A stretch of DNA of 64,000 bases from Octopus vulgaris (GCA_951406725.2 OX597833.1:13640001-13704000); one strand, 5' to 3'. Positions 1 to 15,409 are shown, numbered from the stretch's first letter. The notes: generated by a model from the letters alone, not told the origin. Numbers and translations are program-made.

Positions 1-119
1 ACGACGGGGGTTTCTATCACGGTGCAAAGATCTGGAACCTACAGCTGCAAGACATCCCATGCAACGCTCCTTTTATACAACCAGTCCACTACTTTGGACA
101 AATATCTATCTATCTTATC

Positions 120-312
120 ATCATCATCATCATCATCATCACCATCATTTAACATCTGTCTTCCACGCTGGCCTGGATTGGATAGTTTTACAGGAGCTGA
201 TAAGCTTGAGAACTGCAAGATGCTTTACTGTTTTGGCATGGTTCTTTTCACAGCTGGATGCCTTTCCTAATGCCAACCACCTCAGAGTGGTTTGGGTGCT
301 TTTTATGTGACA
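120..312 (-). mobile_element. RTE-related short retroposon (family C) ending in a (GAT)n tail
   Basis: Matches the recurrent 'ttggcgttaggaagggcatccagctgtagaaa...gttaaacgatgatgat' unit on the minus strand, seen more than 10 times in the window. Confidence 0.75.
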
Positions 313-620
313 CCATATATATATATATATAAATAAAATCAGTGTACATTTAAACACAAAAGAGGTGACCCTTGACAGGCAGGCTTACATGCTAGAAGGA
401 GCAGTGAAAATGTCCAAAACCACATTTAAGAGCAATTTCGAAGGGAATGAAGAATAAAAAGTTTTACCTTGTTTTTTACTGCAATACCTAGGTTTCAAAC
501 TCTAATTAGCTAGGCAAAGTTTTCATCGGTGGCTACGCCAAAACACTAACATATAATTTAAAGACAGAATAACATATAATCATTATATATTATAATTTTT
601 CAAATATATATCCATATATA

Positions 621-653
<33 letters not shown>

Positions 654-1805
654 TGATAATAAGGAGAATGAAGAATTTGAACAAACTTTGTCTATTTACA
701 GGTTGTTTATTCATAATAATTGTCCAACACGTATTTCAATCGCATTAATTATACTATCAAAACCATCATTATACCATATGAAGGAACCAGCCTTGGCATT
801 TTACATAGAGAAATTCAGTATCTGCCTGAATATTATACCCCTCCTCTTACTATATATATATATATATATATATATAGTGTAATAAATAAAATATATGCAT
901 ACATATATGTACGTACCTACATCTACATGTATATATACATGCATATATAAATATATATATATACGTGAGTACAGGACACCACAAATAGACGTAGAACTCA
1001 ACGAGAAACGATAACGTAAAAACAAACATGGAAACGGACCTTTTTTAACAACGAAAAAACAGAGTACAAGACAAACTACACAAGGAAAATTCCCCTTCAT
1101 CAGCTGTCTCTAGTTCAACTCCAGCATGTTTCGAAGGTGACACACACACCTATATATATATATATACATATATATATAGACACACACATTATATATATAT
1201 AAAGGTATACAAAAAAGAGACAAGAAAAAACATGGCGGGTCATTCGAAGTTTTGTTTCCTCAGTTGAGTTCCAGATTATCTTTGCAATTTCGGCTGGTTA
1301 TACTCAAGATTGCTCCAATCTGGCCAGCCCCATCCTGCATAACTGTACTATTATTTATTTCATGGACCCAGGGAATATTAACAGTGCACTTGATTTCATA
1401 ATGGTTGTGAATTTACATGTACGAGACTCCAAAATTTGTTGCATGAAATAACTAGTTCTGATATTCTACTATTCACACCCCTTTCTCTGCTGGCATAACC
1501 CTTCAGCATTCGAACCAGCCATAGCTGACCCAAATATTCTCACTATTTTCTGCTCAAAACAGCCAGTTCTAGCCTCTAACGTCGACCCTACAGTGTCATT
1601 CTAAAAAATATGCAATCATATCATCAAAATTTTGAAGCTATGAGATGACGCAAGATTAAGTTACAGGTGTGGCTGTGTGGTAAGAAGCTTGCCTCCCAAC
1701 TACATGGTTCCAGGTTCAGTTCCACTGCATGGCAGCTTGGGCAAATGTCTTCTACTATAGCCTCAGCTGACCAAAGCCTTGTGAGCGGATTTGGTATATA
1801 CATAA

Positions 1806-1848
<43 letters not shown>

Positions 1849-1973
1849 TACATCTCGTTCAGAGATTTATTATTGCTTGCAGACAGTTTTTTTAAATCAG
1901 TGACGGAAGTTACTAGAAAAACCTGTAAGTATTTGCAAACAGGTCTCCCTTTCATCGTAAACCGGTGACTGCC

Positions 1974-2016
1974 GTACGCCGAAGACAGGCAAATACCTAG
2001 AAACTGCAGTCCGTGC
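1974..2016 (+). ncRNA. Type I hammerhead ribozyme motif (U4C core variant) in a Penelope-like repeat
   Basis: gtacg-CCGAAGA-cAGG caaata CCTa-GAAAC tgca GTC-cgtgc. Confidence 0.55.
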
Positions 2017-2326
2017 GTATCACTTAGGTTTACGAGAGAGGGATGACCTCCCTTTACAAATACCATAAGGGCACAGAAAGTGTGCCTAAAGCCAGCTAGA
2101 GACGATGATCTCCTGGGGCTAAAAGCTACAGTAACACCCACCCTTAGTGCTTAGCCATGTTGAGATGGCTAGTATACTTTACATATATTTAATTTCATCA
2201 AAATATCCTTGCGCTGAAAAGTAGCCTGCGTTATACACCTCACTTGGATATTTACCACTTCTGAGGTTCCACCTGCTATGAGACATACGTAACCCAGATC
2301 TTACCTACCCCATTCCATAATTCACG

Positions 2327-2357
<31 letters not shown>

Positions 2358-2609
2358 CTTATGATGAAAGTAAGCTAACTAAGTTTGCTTTAGAAGTGTT
2401 GAGATGTATTGAAAGATACAGAAATAATTTATTCTCAAATGCATGGTAATTCTAATACAATAACATGAACAGGATAAATTGTCCATATATTGCAGAAAAA
2501 GTCGTTAAGGGCCAGCTATGAGAATCAAACTCACATCCCCTTACTTTCATCGCAAGTTGTATTTGCTCCATGCCACAAGACCAAATAGAGAGAGAGAGAG
2601 ACATGATCT

Positions 2610-3210
2610 TACTCTCTTTTAGTTGTTTCAGTCATTTGACTGCGGCCATGCTGGAGCACCACCTTTTTTTAATCGAGCAACTCGACCCCGGGACTTAATC
2701 TTTGTAAGCCCAGTACTTATTCTATCGGTCTCTTTTGCCGAACCGCTAAGTGACGGGGACATAAACACACCAGCATCGGTTGTCAAGCGATGCTAGGGGG
2801 ACAAACACAGACACGCAAACACACACACATACACATATATATATACATATATATGACGGGCTTCTTTCAGTTTCCGTCTACCAAATCCACTCACAAGGCT
2901 TTGGTTGGCCCGAGGCTATAGTAGAAGACACTTTCCCAAGGTGCCATGCAGTGGGACTGAACCCGGAACCATCATCATCATCATCATCATCATCGTTTAA
3001 TGTCCGCTCTCCATGCTAGCATGGGTTGGACGGTTCGACCGGGGATCTGGGAAGCCAGAAGGCTGCACCAGGCTCCAGTCTTATCTGGCAATGTTTCTAC
3101 AGCTGGATGCCCTTCCTAACGCCAACCACTCCGTGAGTGTAGTGGGTGCTTTTTACGTGCCACCTGTGGTTGGTAAACAAGCTACTTACCACACAGCCAC
3201 TCCTGCGCCT
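2610..3210 (-). mobile_element. tRNA-derived bipartite SINE (family A) with a family C element nested at ~2970-3164
   Basis: Head ggcgcaggagtggctgtgtggtaag, ccttgggcaagtg-type core, internal (TA/CA)n and tail ...gcatggccgcagtcaaatgactgaaac, interrupted at aaccat|gtgg. Confidence 0.85.
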
Positions 3211-3657
3211 AGATTTTTGTGATTATATGGAAATACTCATTCACTCTGTGTTTTATTTTCCCATCTTATTTTGTCAATTGTGATGATGATGATGATGTGT
3301 CTCTCAGCTGATATCAAAGGAGAGAATGGGACGGCTGGAATTAAATGAACAGACTACAGGGATGCTTCAATATGTGTTTGACCCTTCAGCGATTCTGGTT
3401 TTTCGGACAAGTGTAATGCTTATTTATTCACATTGTTTTAATTGGTTTGCTTCAGTCATATGACAGTGGCCATGCTGGAGCACCACCTTGATAGGGTTTT
3501 AGTTGAACAAATCGACCCCAGCACTCTTTGTTTTTTTTTTCTTTTGCTGAACCGCGGAGTTTCAAGGACGTAAACACACCAGCACCAGTTGCCAAGTGAT
3601 GATGGGACACACACACACACACAACATAGATACATACATACACACACATATATTTAT

Positions 3658-3690
<33 letters not shown>

Positions 3691-3693
<3 letters not shown>

Positions 3694-3855
3694 TTAAAGG
3701 GCTAAAAAACCACAAAGTGGTCAGCCATATGCTAGAAGTATATCACCTACGATCAAACTACACAGAAAAGAATGTTCTTTTCTTTTGTAGTTTGATCATG
3801 TGATCTACTTCTAGCATACGGCTGACCACTTAGTGGTTTTTTAGCCCTTTAAATA
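3691..3855. repeat. Imperfect foldback of about 165 bp beside (TA)n
   Basis: tttaaagggctaaaaaaccac...atgctagaagta versus tacttctagcat...gtggttttttagccctttaaa. Confidence 0.8.
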
Positions 3856-4269
3856 TACACATGTATAAGAATTTTCTCTGATTTTTCAGATTTTTGTATG
3901 CTAGGCTACTGGTTTTAAATTGATATTGATTAAATTAATATTCAATTTATCTCCCTCATTATTTAAATGTTTCAATTTTTATATATATAAAGATACGGAA
4001 ATAATTTATTCTCAAACGCATGATAATGGTAATACAATAGTGTGAACAGGATAAACTATCCATATGTTGCAGAAAAAATTGTTACCAGCCAGCCAGCCAT
4101 TGGACTTGAACTCACATCCTGTGATTACGCGCCAAGTACTTTACCATTAAGCTAAACTACCCAGTAACGAATTGTTCTGCAATTTTAGGATTTATAAATC
4201 TAGCTTTATAAGATGCTAATGTCAAATTCAACTCCATAACTTCTTCCCAAAGACTGTTGTTTGCAAAGA

Positions 4270-5470
4270 AGTTATGGAGCGTTTTAACTAAACAAGTAAG
4301 AAACTCCAAACCCCTGGTTTTGATGTATTTGAAGGTTACCTTCTGGTAGCATCTTTACTTATATTTGTTAAAAAACTGAGAAAATTCAGCCAACAGGATT
4401 GCACACTCTGAATCAGTAGCAAAAGGTTTATGCAAATACTAGCAGTATCACCCGGCGTTGTTCGGGTTTGCAAGGGAAATAACTATATAAGCATTTTTAG
4501 AGATGTAAAGTATAATAGCCATCTCAATATGGCTAACCACAAAGGGGGGGTTACTGTAGCTTTTTACGTTCTGAGATTTAATAATAAATTTTTAGAGAGT
4601 TACTTCCCTTATATATGCCAAAAATGCATTAAAAATGGGAAAAATTTATGGTAAATTATTTTAAAAATCGTAGACTCATCGTAGAAGGGCTCGATATGAA
4701 TCACGACTATAAGATACCCGGTTTTGGTTAAACTGCACTGCAAAATGTGGGAGTAGTTAGGAATCTAAATCGTAGGAGACAGACAGCACACAACCTCACT
4801 TTTATATGTAAAGATATCATCTCAAATTATTCTGATGTTTCCAAATGCATTGTTACAAAGAAATTTGCAGATAGAACAAGTGATAGGGCTTCTTTGAAAG
4901 GGGTTCAAAAATATAGAGGATAGAAGTTCTAAATCAAGTCTATAATCTGCTTGATGATTCAGTTAAGCAAGAGGATGGAGCCATATGAGCAGATTGCAAA
5001 AAGGTTCAAGTTTCTGTCAGAACTGATGAACAATTAAGAATTTGATTAGGACAGTATCAAGCTTATTATATCGGATTACAAGGAAGGTATTGACCACAAT
5101 TTAATATATGAGCGTTATAAGTTCAAAGAGTATCTACAGCTTAGGAAATCGTGGAACACAGAAGAAAACACACATCTAAAATGCAATACACAGAAGTTTT
5201 TCAGTTTATTTATGAGCAACAATTAATTGAAGTGTCCCCTAATATTACCCCTGCACTTAAGGTGTACTTGACAATGCCTATCACGAGTTGTAGAGCAGAA
5301 AAGAATTTCTCAAAGGTTTTCTTTATAAAGAATAAATTTCGGTCTACTATGCCTGAAGAGTGCTTAAATTCCTTGTGCATATTGTCTCTAGAAATGACAT
5401 TGCAAGGGAGCTCGCATATGACAAAACTGTAAGGGAATACGTTGCTATAAAAAAAAACAGAAAAAAAGAG
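4270..5470 (+). pseudogene. Decayed hAT transposase (ZMYM1-like type) including the C-terminal dimerisation domain
   Basis: ALKVYLTMPITSCRAEKNFSKVFFIKNKFRSTMPEECLNSLCILSLE fits the hAT dimerisation consensus. Upstream pieces ERFN*TSKKLQ and QLSKRMEPYEQIAKRFKFL carry stops and frameshifts. Confidence 0.85.
4439..4814 (-). mobile_element. Non-autonomous Helitron
   Basis: Minus strand starts with TC and ends CTAG after a GC-rich hairpin (CCCGAACAACGCCGGG). It sits between A and T with no TSD. Confidence 0.85.
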
Positions 5471-5489
5471 TATTTGTAATTTTCATATG

Positions 5490-6285
5490 TATCATCATCA
5501 TCGCTTAACATCCGTTTTCCATGCTAGCATGGGTTGGACGGTTCAACTGGGGTCTGGGAAGCCAGGAGGCTGCACCGGGCTCCAGTCTGATCTGGCAGTG
5601 TTTCTATAGCTGGATGTCCTTCTTAAAGCCAACCACTCTGTGAGTGTAGTGGGTGCTTTTTACATGCCACTGGCACAGGTGCCAGGGGATGCTGGCAGCA
5701 TCCACAATCAGTTGGTGCTTTCTATGTGCCACCAGCATGGAAGCCAGTCAAGGTGGCGCTAGCATCGGCCATGTTTGGATGGTGCTTTTTATGTGCCACC
5801 AGCATGGAAGCCAGTCAAGTTGGCGCTGGCATCAGCCATATTTGGATGGTGCTTTTTATGTGCCACCAGCACGGAAGCCAGTGAAGGTGGCGCTGGCATC
5901 GGCCATGTTTGGATGGTGCTTTTTATGTGCCACCAGTATGGAAGCCAGTGAAGGTGGGGCTGGCATCGGCCATGTTTGGATGGTGCTTTTTACATGCCAC
6001 CGGCACAGGTATCACAACTACAATTTCCATTTGATTTTTATTTTGATGTTGATGTACTTGACTCAATAGGTCTCTTCAAGCACAGCAGGTCACCCTACGA
6101 TCCAAGGTAAGCTCAGCAGGCCATTCTGTGATCCAAAGTACTTTGCATGGTCTGGGGCTGCTATGTGAAACTGGTGCAGGAAACAGCCATGAGCTCACGT
6201 TATTTGTCGGGTCTTTGCAGTCACAACATATCTCCATAGATCTCGGTCTTTCATCATTGCCTCTGTGAGGCCCAACGTTCGAACG
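5490..6285 (-). mobile_element. Long family C / RTE 3' region with about five tandem ~60-bp repeats (5710-6010)
   Basis: (CAT)n tail plus the repeated unit ggtgctttttatgtgccaccagcatggaagccagtcaaggtggcgctggcatcggccatgtttggat. Confidence 0.75.
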
Positions 6286-6449
6286 TATCTTAAATATAAG
6301 ATTAATATTAGATTATATTGACTGTGTTATTTGTTATGTTTTAAGTCTTTATTCTATGATGTGTCATGCATTTATATATGGTTCCCTTATTTTCAACTCC
6401 CATAACTCTAAAAGTATAAGGCATAGTGCGGAAAATATTTGTTCACACC

Positions 6450-6670
6450 TGTAACTTTGAGAATCACAATCTGAAATTTGTAAATAAAATTGTGGTGATC
6501 TGCCATGGAACAACCACATTGACAAAGATATCGGTGATTACCCACACCTTGTTTCTGGTGGAAAGAGGGCTCACTCTAAGACTCATCTTTACGGACTCCA
6601 CATTACTACTTCACCAAGGTTGGAGTTCCTTGCAAGCGCAAGAAAATTCTTTGACCCTTGTTGGATGTTA
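6450..6670 (+). pseudogene. Highly decayed CR1/L2-like LINE ORF2 fragment
   Basis: Frame pieces GDLPWNNHIDK and LLLHQGWSSLQA resemble post-RT motifs. Confidence 0.4.
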
Positions 6671-6748
6671 TTCTACTGTTGCTGGTTGTATAGGGGGCCC
6701 CCATGATATTTTAAGCTTCAGGGCCCCAATACTGTAGATCTACTACTA

Positions 6749-6779
<31 letters not shown>

Positions 6780-7070
6780 GTGTGTGTATGTGTATGTATG
6801 TATGTGTATATATATGGATGTATGTATGTGTATATGTATGTATGTGTATATATGTATGTATATATATATGTATGTATATATGTAAGTATGTATGTATATA
6901 TATATGTATGTATATATATATATGTAAGTATGTGTGTATGTATATATGTATGCATGTGTGTATGTATATATGTATGCATGTGTGTATGTATATATGTATG
7001 TATATATGTATGCATATATCATCATCATCATCATCGTGTGTATATATATATATATATACATTTATATATT
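6749..7070. repeat. (TA)/(TATG) compound microsatellite
   Basis: Seen directly. Confidence 0.95.
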
Positions 7071-7854
7071 TATTGGCTAAACTGGCAAAATGACCATTCC
7101 GAAATACAACAATATATATATAAGTGTGTGTTTGTATGTAATGTAAGAATTCCCTTTAAAAATCCCCTTAGCTGTAACTTATTATTCTTCATGGGGATCA
7201 TATGTTTTTACTATGCAGTGTTTACTACTACAAGAAATAGTGATTGAATGTCATCAAGTTCAGACCAAACTAAACCCCCACCCCCAACATTTCCTTGCCT
7301 TTTCTCTGTGTTCAGGATGCTTAGTCAATTAGTCAGTCAGTCAATTAATCAGTGACCTGCTCTTAAACACCCAATGAGGGTGACATCTGCTCTGCATAAG
7401 TCAACTTGATCTGAACTGATTTAAGTCTTAATCAACAATTTGAATCAAACAAAGAAACAAGCAACAGTGTTATCTCAAGAATTTGGTGAACGTTAACAAT
7501 AACAATTAATTACACCAAATCATTAATTAAATAAAAGAAGATGGGGGAACAAACCTAATTTGGGATCAATTATTTATTTATTTTATTTCTTTCTCTTTTC
7601 TCTTTTTTTTCTTGTTTTGGCCATTTTCAATTTTGTTTATTTCTTTTGTTACTTGGAACATTAAAAAACCCGAAGAATTTCTTAAGTGAATCATTGTTAC
7701 ATTGTTGCCGTTGTAATTCTTTGTTGTGATGGACCATTATGATACAGACTTAATTCTTTGCCTGTCCTTAGGTCACCTATGCTAAACTGGACATATTTTC
7801 CTGGTGTACATATGTGATACTCATATCCCAATTTTAAAAAACTTTTTCAGGGTG

Positions 7855-8260
7855 CTAAGAGCACCATCCGAGCGTGATCGTTGCCGGAGCGGCTAACTGG
7901 CTTCCATGCCGGTGGCATGTAAGAGGCACCATTCGAGCAGGATTGTTGCCAGAGCGGCTAACTGGCTTCTGTGCCGGTGGCATGCAAGAGGCACCATTCG
8001 AGCGGGATCATTACCAGCATTGCCTTACTGGCACCTGTGCCGTTGGCATGTGTAAAAAGATTCGAGCGAGGTCGTTGCCAATACCGCCTGACTGGCCCCC
8101 CGTGCCGGTGGCACATAAAAGCACCCACTACACTCTCGGAGTGGTTAGTGTTAGGAAGGGCATCTAGCTGTAGAAACTCTGCCAGATCAAGACTGGAGCC
8201 TGATGCAGCCATCTGGTTGCCAGCATGGAAAGTGGACATTAAACTATGATGATGATGATG
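7855..8260 (+). mobile_element. Family C retroposon with internal gtgccggtggcac repeats
   Basis: Same unit in plus orientation, ending in (GAT)n. Confidence 0.8.
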
Positions 8261-8509
8261 AGATCAATTTGGAACTTGTGACAGAAAAGCTTTACATTAC
8301 TCAGATCATAGGAAACAAATGCTCAGTAATAGTCTGAAAACCTACATGAGTGGACAGACAAAGGGCCATGTCCTAATTTTCCTCTCCCAGTTAGAATTAC
8401 TTCATATTTGCGCCATTTGTACTATTTTGACCCTGGAAATGGAGTACATGTTACAACATCTAATTCCTTCCAGTAAAAGAATTCATGCATCATCTCACCA
8501 AAAATCTTT

Positions 8510-8900
8510 TCTACAATAGGCACAAGACCTAGAATTTGTGAGAGAGGTAGAGTCGATCACATCAACCTTAGTACTCAACTGGTACTTAATTTATCAACCC
8601 TGAAAGGATGAAAGGCAAAGCTGACCTCGGCGACATTTGAACTAAGAACGTAGTGACAGGAAAAATATCTATTTCTTTATTACCCACAAGGGGCTAAACA
8701 CAGAGAGGACAAACAAGGACAGACAAACGGATTAAGTCGATTACATCGACCCCAGTGTGTAACTGATACTTATTTAATCGACCCCGAAAGGATGAAAGGC
8801 AAAGTCGACCTCGGCGAAATTTGAACTCAGAACGTAGAGGCAGATGAAATACTGCTGAGTATTTTGCCCAGCATGCTAACAACTCTGCCAGCCCACTGCC
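8510..8900 (-). mobile_element. Two adjacent tRNA-derived SINE (family B) copies
   Basis: Reverse complement of gagttcaaatt...gcctttcatcctttcggggtcgat...gtaccag. Further copies at ~11053, 19678, 32930, 42952, 43750, 53855, 61540, 62870 and 63570. Confidence 0.8.
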
Positions 8901-9151
8901 TTCAATCATGTCACCAAAAATTATAAATAAAACCAGTTATGTGTTGGGGGTCAGTGCTGTACTAAATTTGTGGCCCTGCCATAGAAGAGGTGTCCAGGCT
9001 GATTTCATTCCCTTGCTGCAAGGCAGGTTTGGTTTATGACTTTGCAACCTTGTCACTGTAAACACATAAGCTATTGTTGTTCAACCCTGGGTCTGTTTTG
9101 TTCAAGCAAATCAATGCCACAAAGCATTCCAGCTGTGAATATGCCATATTT

Positions 9152-9470
9152 CTTGTTTTATTCCGTTTGTATTCACATTTCAGGGGCACCTTACTTTCAG
9201 AGCATTTTCCCTTTATGCACCAGTCTGGCTGTATTAAATTACAGGCAAGCACAAACACAAGCAAGCAATCACGGAATTTTTGTAGTACCCCCAAAAAACA
9301 TGTATCTCAGGAATCTGTGGTCCAAGTTGCACAAAACTTGTTTTATTCTGTTTGCATTCACATTTCAGGGGTAGCTTACTTTCAGAGCATTTTCCCATTA
9401 TGCACTGGTCTGGCTGTATTAAATTACAGGCAAGCACAAACACAAGCAAGCAATCACAGAATTTTAGTAG
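9152..9470. repeat. Local tandem duplication (period 185 bp) of an exon-like segment
   Basis: About 130 bp are near-identical at 9152 and 9337. Confidence 0.9.
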
Positions 9471-9539
9471 TATATAGAGGAATTGGCAATGAGTTCTCAA
9501 CCTTTCACAAGAACAACAATGATAGCAATAATAACAATA

Positions 9540-10010
9540 TCAACTGATTGGAAGTGTTATCATCTACATTGTTTTGTCTTGGTATAAAAGATGGCTATAG
9601 CAAATATTCTGCTCAATACCACGAATTTGCTTGTCAGTTGTTTAACTTTAACCAGTTTATGTCCCTCAGTGGCTGACAATATGTGCATCTCTGATCATGA
9701 GTAGAAGTAGTGGAGGAGCATCATAATTGAGAGGAATTCTTTGGGGTTTGAATAATTCATCTCTGGTGACATGGGTGTTTGGGACCTTTTGAGCGGGATG
9801 GTCTACTTGACCAGAAGAAAATTCTAACTGGGTCCCACCTGCAAGGTCATGCACTGTTTATCTTGATATGAGATCACCATGTTGCACACATATGGTTGTG
9901 ATGCATGTGCCTGGTGTACCTTTATCAGACGGGTAGTCATGATGGGTATATTGGGCTTCATATATTTTACCTCAGTGTCACTTTGATGGCATGCATTGCT
10001 CTCTTAATAA
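9540..10010 (-). mobile_element. Interspersed repeat (family F) beside (TAA)n, with a second copy at 43195-43735 in the opposite orientation
   Basis: About 470 bp of reverse-complement similarity between the two loci. Confidence 0.75.
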
Positions 10011-10469
10011 TAATAATAATAATAATAGCGATCATGATGATGATGATTTCTTACTGGTAAATGCTGGAGAGAAGAAACTGAATGGCATGGCATAATACTG
10101 TATGATGCACATTCCTCTCTCCACAAGATACCCAAAGACTGCAAATTGATGGAAGCCGATCCAGTGAAAAATTACATGACAAATTTTTAAACCTACCTCC
10201 CTTTAAACTCACTGTGTACACCATAACACCACCATCACCACCACCACCACCATGATGATGATGATGATGATGATGATGGTGATGGTGGTGGTGGTGGTGG
10301 TGGTGATGATGATGGGAAGGAGGATAATTATTATGAAGATGATGGGCATGTATAAAACTACGGGTATCTCTACAAATTGCCATGATACAACATAAGGGTC
10401 ACAGCAGGATACAATTGTAAATTGGCTTAAGGGGCCTACATCTAAAACTAGGTTCGAAATTTCCACAAG

Positions 10470-10513
10470 ACACCTGATGAAGGCTGGAGGGTATATCAGC
10501 TGAAACGTTGTGT
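10470..10513 (+). ncRNA. Minimal type I hammerhead ribozyme motif, Penelope-like
   Basis: acac-CTGATGA-aGGCTGG agggtata TCAGCT-GAAAC GTT-gtgt, with a palindromic ACGT stem III. Confidence 0.65.
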
Positions 10514-11669
10514 TAACAACAAACAAGATGAGGACAAACATCCGTCAAATGTAAATAATGTAAATAATTCCTCATCTCTTAAATACAGAAAGGTCAATGT
10601 TGTTGTTATTATTATTATTATTATCATTGTTATTATTAAGTTGTTGTTTTTACAGGTTGATTGACAGAGTAAGGTAACCTAAATCTATGGCCCCAGATAT
10701 GATAAGGGCCAGCATTACAGGAAAAGCAATGCACTGTGGCCCCTTTATACTCCACCACAGCATTCATTATTTAATGATTGCATCCCCCACTCCTCATCTC
10801 CACAATCTATAGGGCTCCTGGACGACTGCCTCGTGTGCCAGGGCCTTAAGAAGGTCCTGGAAATGACTGTACTGAACCTTTGTATTTGCAGTCTACAGCA
10901 AGTCCTTTTGGCTCAAGCCATTGAGAAAATTCTGGGTTTGCTTGTCCCCCTAGAACTGGCACACTTAGGGTTACGATCATGTTCCAGTCAATGGAACAGC
11001 TTGCTCATGAAGTTAGGGTGCAAGTGGCTGAGTACTCCAAAGACACACATACCTATTTCTTTACTACACACAAGGGGCTAAACACAGACGGGACGAACAA
11101 GGACAGACAAATGGATTAAGTCGATTATATTGACTCCAGTGCATAACTGGTACTTATTTAATCGACCCCAAAAGGATGAAAGGCAAAGTCGACCTTGGCG
11201 GAATTTGAACTCAGAACGTAGAGGCTGACAAAATACCGCTAAGCATTCCGCCCGGCGTGCTAACGTTTCAGCCAGCTCGCCGCCATAATGTGGACACACA
11301 TAAGGGTATGTGTGTCCACAGACACACACATACCCTTAACGTAGTTCTGAGGGGTGTGACAAGGCTGGCCTTTTGAAATACAGGTACTACTTATATTTGC
11401 CAGCTGAGTGGATTGGGACAATGTGAAATAAAGTGTCCCTTGTTCAAGGACACAATGCGTCACCAGGATGACCTTACGATCATTAACTGAATACATTAAC
11501 CAATAAGCCACACGCCACTAGAAATAGCAGCCAAATTAGCCCATATGAAAACAAAAGCAGGAGCATTGCATAATGTCATTCTAGACACTGTCTGACAGAG
11601 AAAAATAGGATGTTTAGAATGGCTTTCATTACAAATCTGATATGGAGCACACCAGTGACAAGGGTATAA

Positions 11670-12866
<1,197 letters not shown>

Positions 12867-13060
12867 TATCTCTGACATCTATCGCAATGGACAGCACCCC
12901 TTCCTATCTCTGTCTCCTTAACTGTGGTATTTATTTTAACTTGAAACTTGATATTTTTGAAACTTTTGTCCTCTCCCCCCCCCCCCCCGGCTACAAGAGC
13001 ATATATTCAACATTTGGGTGTTTCTGACATACAAAACGAAACAGTTTCAAAATGCCTTTT

Positions 13061-13281
13061 TAACCCTTTAGTATTCTGATTAATTTATCAAATATATTTG
13101 CTTATTTAACCAGGTTTTCAAATCGATCATGTAGTATCTTGTAGCTTCAAGGTTCTGAAGATATGACTGTTATTTTTAGAATGGCATTGTAGGGTAGGTG
13201 TGAAAGGCTGGTTCTGGTCACTTACAACTTAAAATAAATGGAATATTTGGGCCAGATGTAACCAGTTCAAATATTAAAGGG
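13061..13281. mobile_element. Decayed piggyBac-type MITE
   Basis: ttaacccttta...taaaggg termini. A related fragment lies at ~1497-1655. Confidence 0.55.
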
Positions 13282-13459
13282 CCAATGCATGGTTGTGTAG
13301 TTGAAGAAGTTTGCTTCACAGTTAGTGAGGTTGTTTTGATTTGGGCCCACTGAGTGGGACCTTGGGCAAGTGTCATCTACTATTGGCCCAGGGTAACTAA
13401 AGTCTTATGATTGAATACATAAATATGTATAACAGGGCTGTTATATATGTGTGTGTGTC

Positions 13460-13677
13460 ATCATCATCATCGTTTAGCATCCGCTTTCCATGCTAGCATG
13501 GGTTGGACGGTTCAACTGGGGTCTGGGAAGCCAGAAGGCTGCACCAGGCCCAGTCTGATCTGGCAGTGTTTCTACAGCTGGATGCCCTTCCTAACGCCAA
13601 CCACTCCGAGAGTGTAGTGGGTGCTTTTTGCGTGGCACCGGCACAGGTGCCGTCTGGCAAACGGCCATGATCAGATG

Positions 13678-13732
<55 letters not shown>

Positions 13733-14690
13733 CAATATGTATATATATATGTTTGTGTATCATTGTCATCATCATCATCATCCTCATCATTTAATGTCCA
13801 TTGTCCGTGCTGGTATGGGTTGGATGGTTTGACCAGAGCTAGTAAGCCAGGGAGCTGCACCAGGTTTCAATCTGATTTGCCATGGTTTCTACACCTGGAT
13901 GCCCTTCCTAATGCCATTCACTCCTAGAATGTAGTGGGTGCTTTTTATATGCCATTGGCATGGGTGCTAATTACGTGTCCCTGGCATCGGCCACGACAAT
14001 GACCTCACTTTACTTGACAGGTCCTCTCAAGCATGGAAATGGGGTAACAACAAAGATGAGGACACATATCTGTCTAATGTAAATAATACATCAGAATATG
14101 TCCAAATTTTTTTACCAGTCTACATATAATGCACAATGTTTGTAAACAAAAGGCTCATTCATATGAAGTCATTTGCATCTCCCTGAAAGTGTGCCCGGAC
14201 CGTTTGATGTGGAAACAGGCAGGGGTTCCCTTCATGGAAAACATCTGATCAGAAGAAAAAAAAAACTGTCCTAACATACTTTTATTTTTCCCATGAAAGT
14301 ATAGAAAATTACACATTAAAATTTAATAATATCATCATCATCATTTAGCGTCTGTTTTCCATGCTGGAATGGATTGGACAGCTTGACTGAAACCTGGCAA
14401 GCTGGGGAACTGCACCAGGCTCCAGTCTGATCTGGCAGTGTTTCTACAGCTGGATGCCCTTCCTAATGCCAACTACTTTACAGAGTGTAGTGGATGCTTT
14501 TTACATGCCAGCAGTACAGTAATGCCAGTAACACAGCACTGGCATCGGGCATGACTACAATCTCACTTGGCCTGGCAGGTCTTCTCAAGCACGGTATATC
14601 GCCAAAGGGCTCCATCACTTGTCACTGTCTCTGTAAGGCCCAATATTCAAATGATGCTTTGTATGTGCCACCAGCACAGGTGCCAGTCAT
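13460..14690 (-). mobile_element. Cluster of three family C copies
   Basis: Repeat units start at ~13460, 13770 and 14330, each on a (CAT)n run. Confidence 0.75.
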
Positions 14691-14923
14691 GTGATGTATA
14701 TATATATATATATATATATACATACATACATACATACATAGTTTAAAGATCTAATAGAGGTAGAATCAAACAGAAAAGTATTTCATCCAGTGAGAGACTA
14801 ATATCAATTTAAATACACAACCCCAAAAAGTACCAATTGTTTCATGCTATTATGATACTTGGACACTTATATTTATAAAATAGGCCATATATCTTAAAGT
14901 AATCTTTCAGGCTCTGTTTATGC

Positions 14924-15409
<486 letters not shown>

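Noticed and set aside
2780-3019. Recurrent ORFs such as SVSVYQIHSQGFG.PEAI.EDTCPRCHAVGLNPEP
   Set aside because: They are antisense translations of family A SINEs and not a gene family
5710-6010. Regular ~60-bp repeats resembling a CRISPR array
   Set aside because: The units repeat along their full length with no unique spacers, the context is eukaryotic, and there are no cas genes
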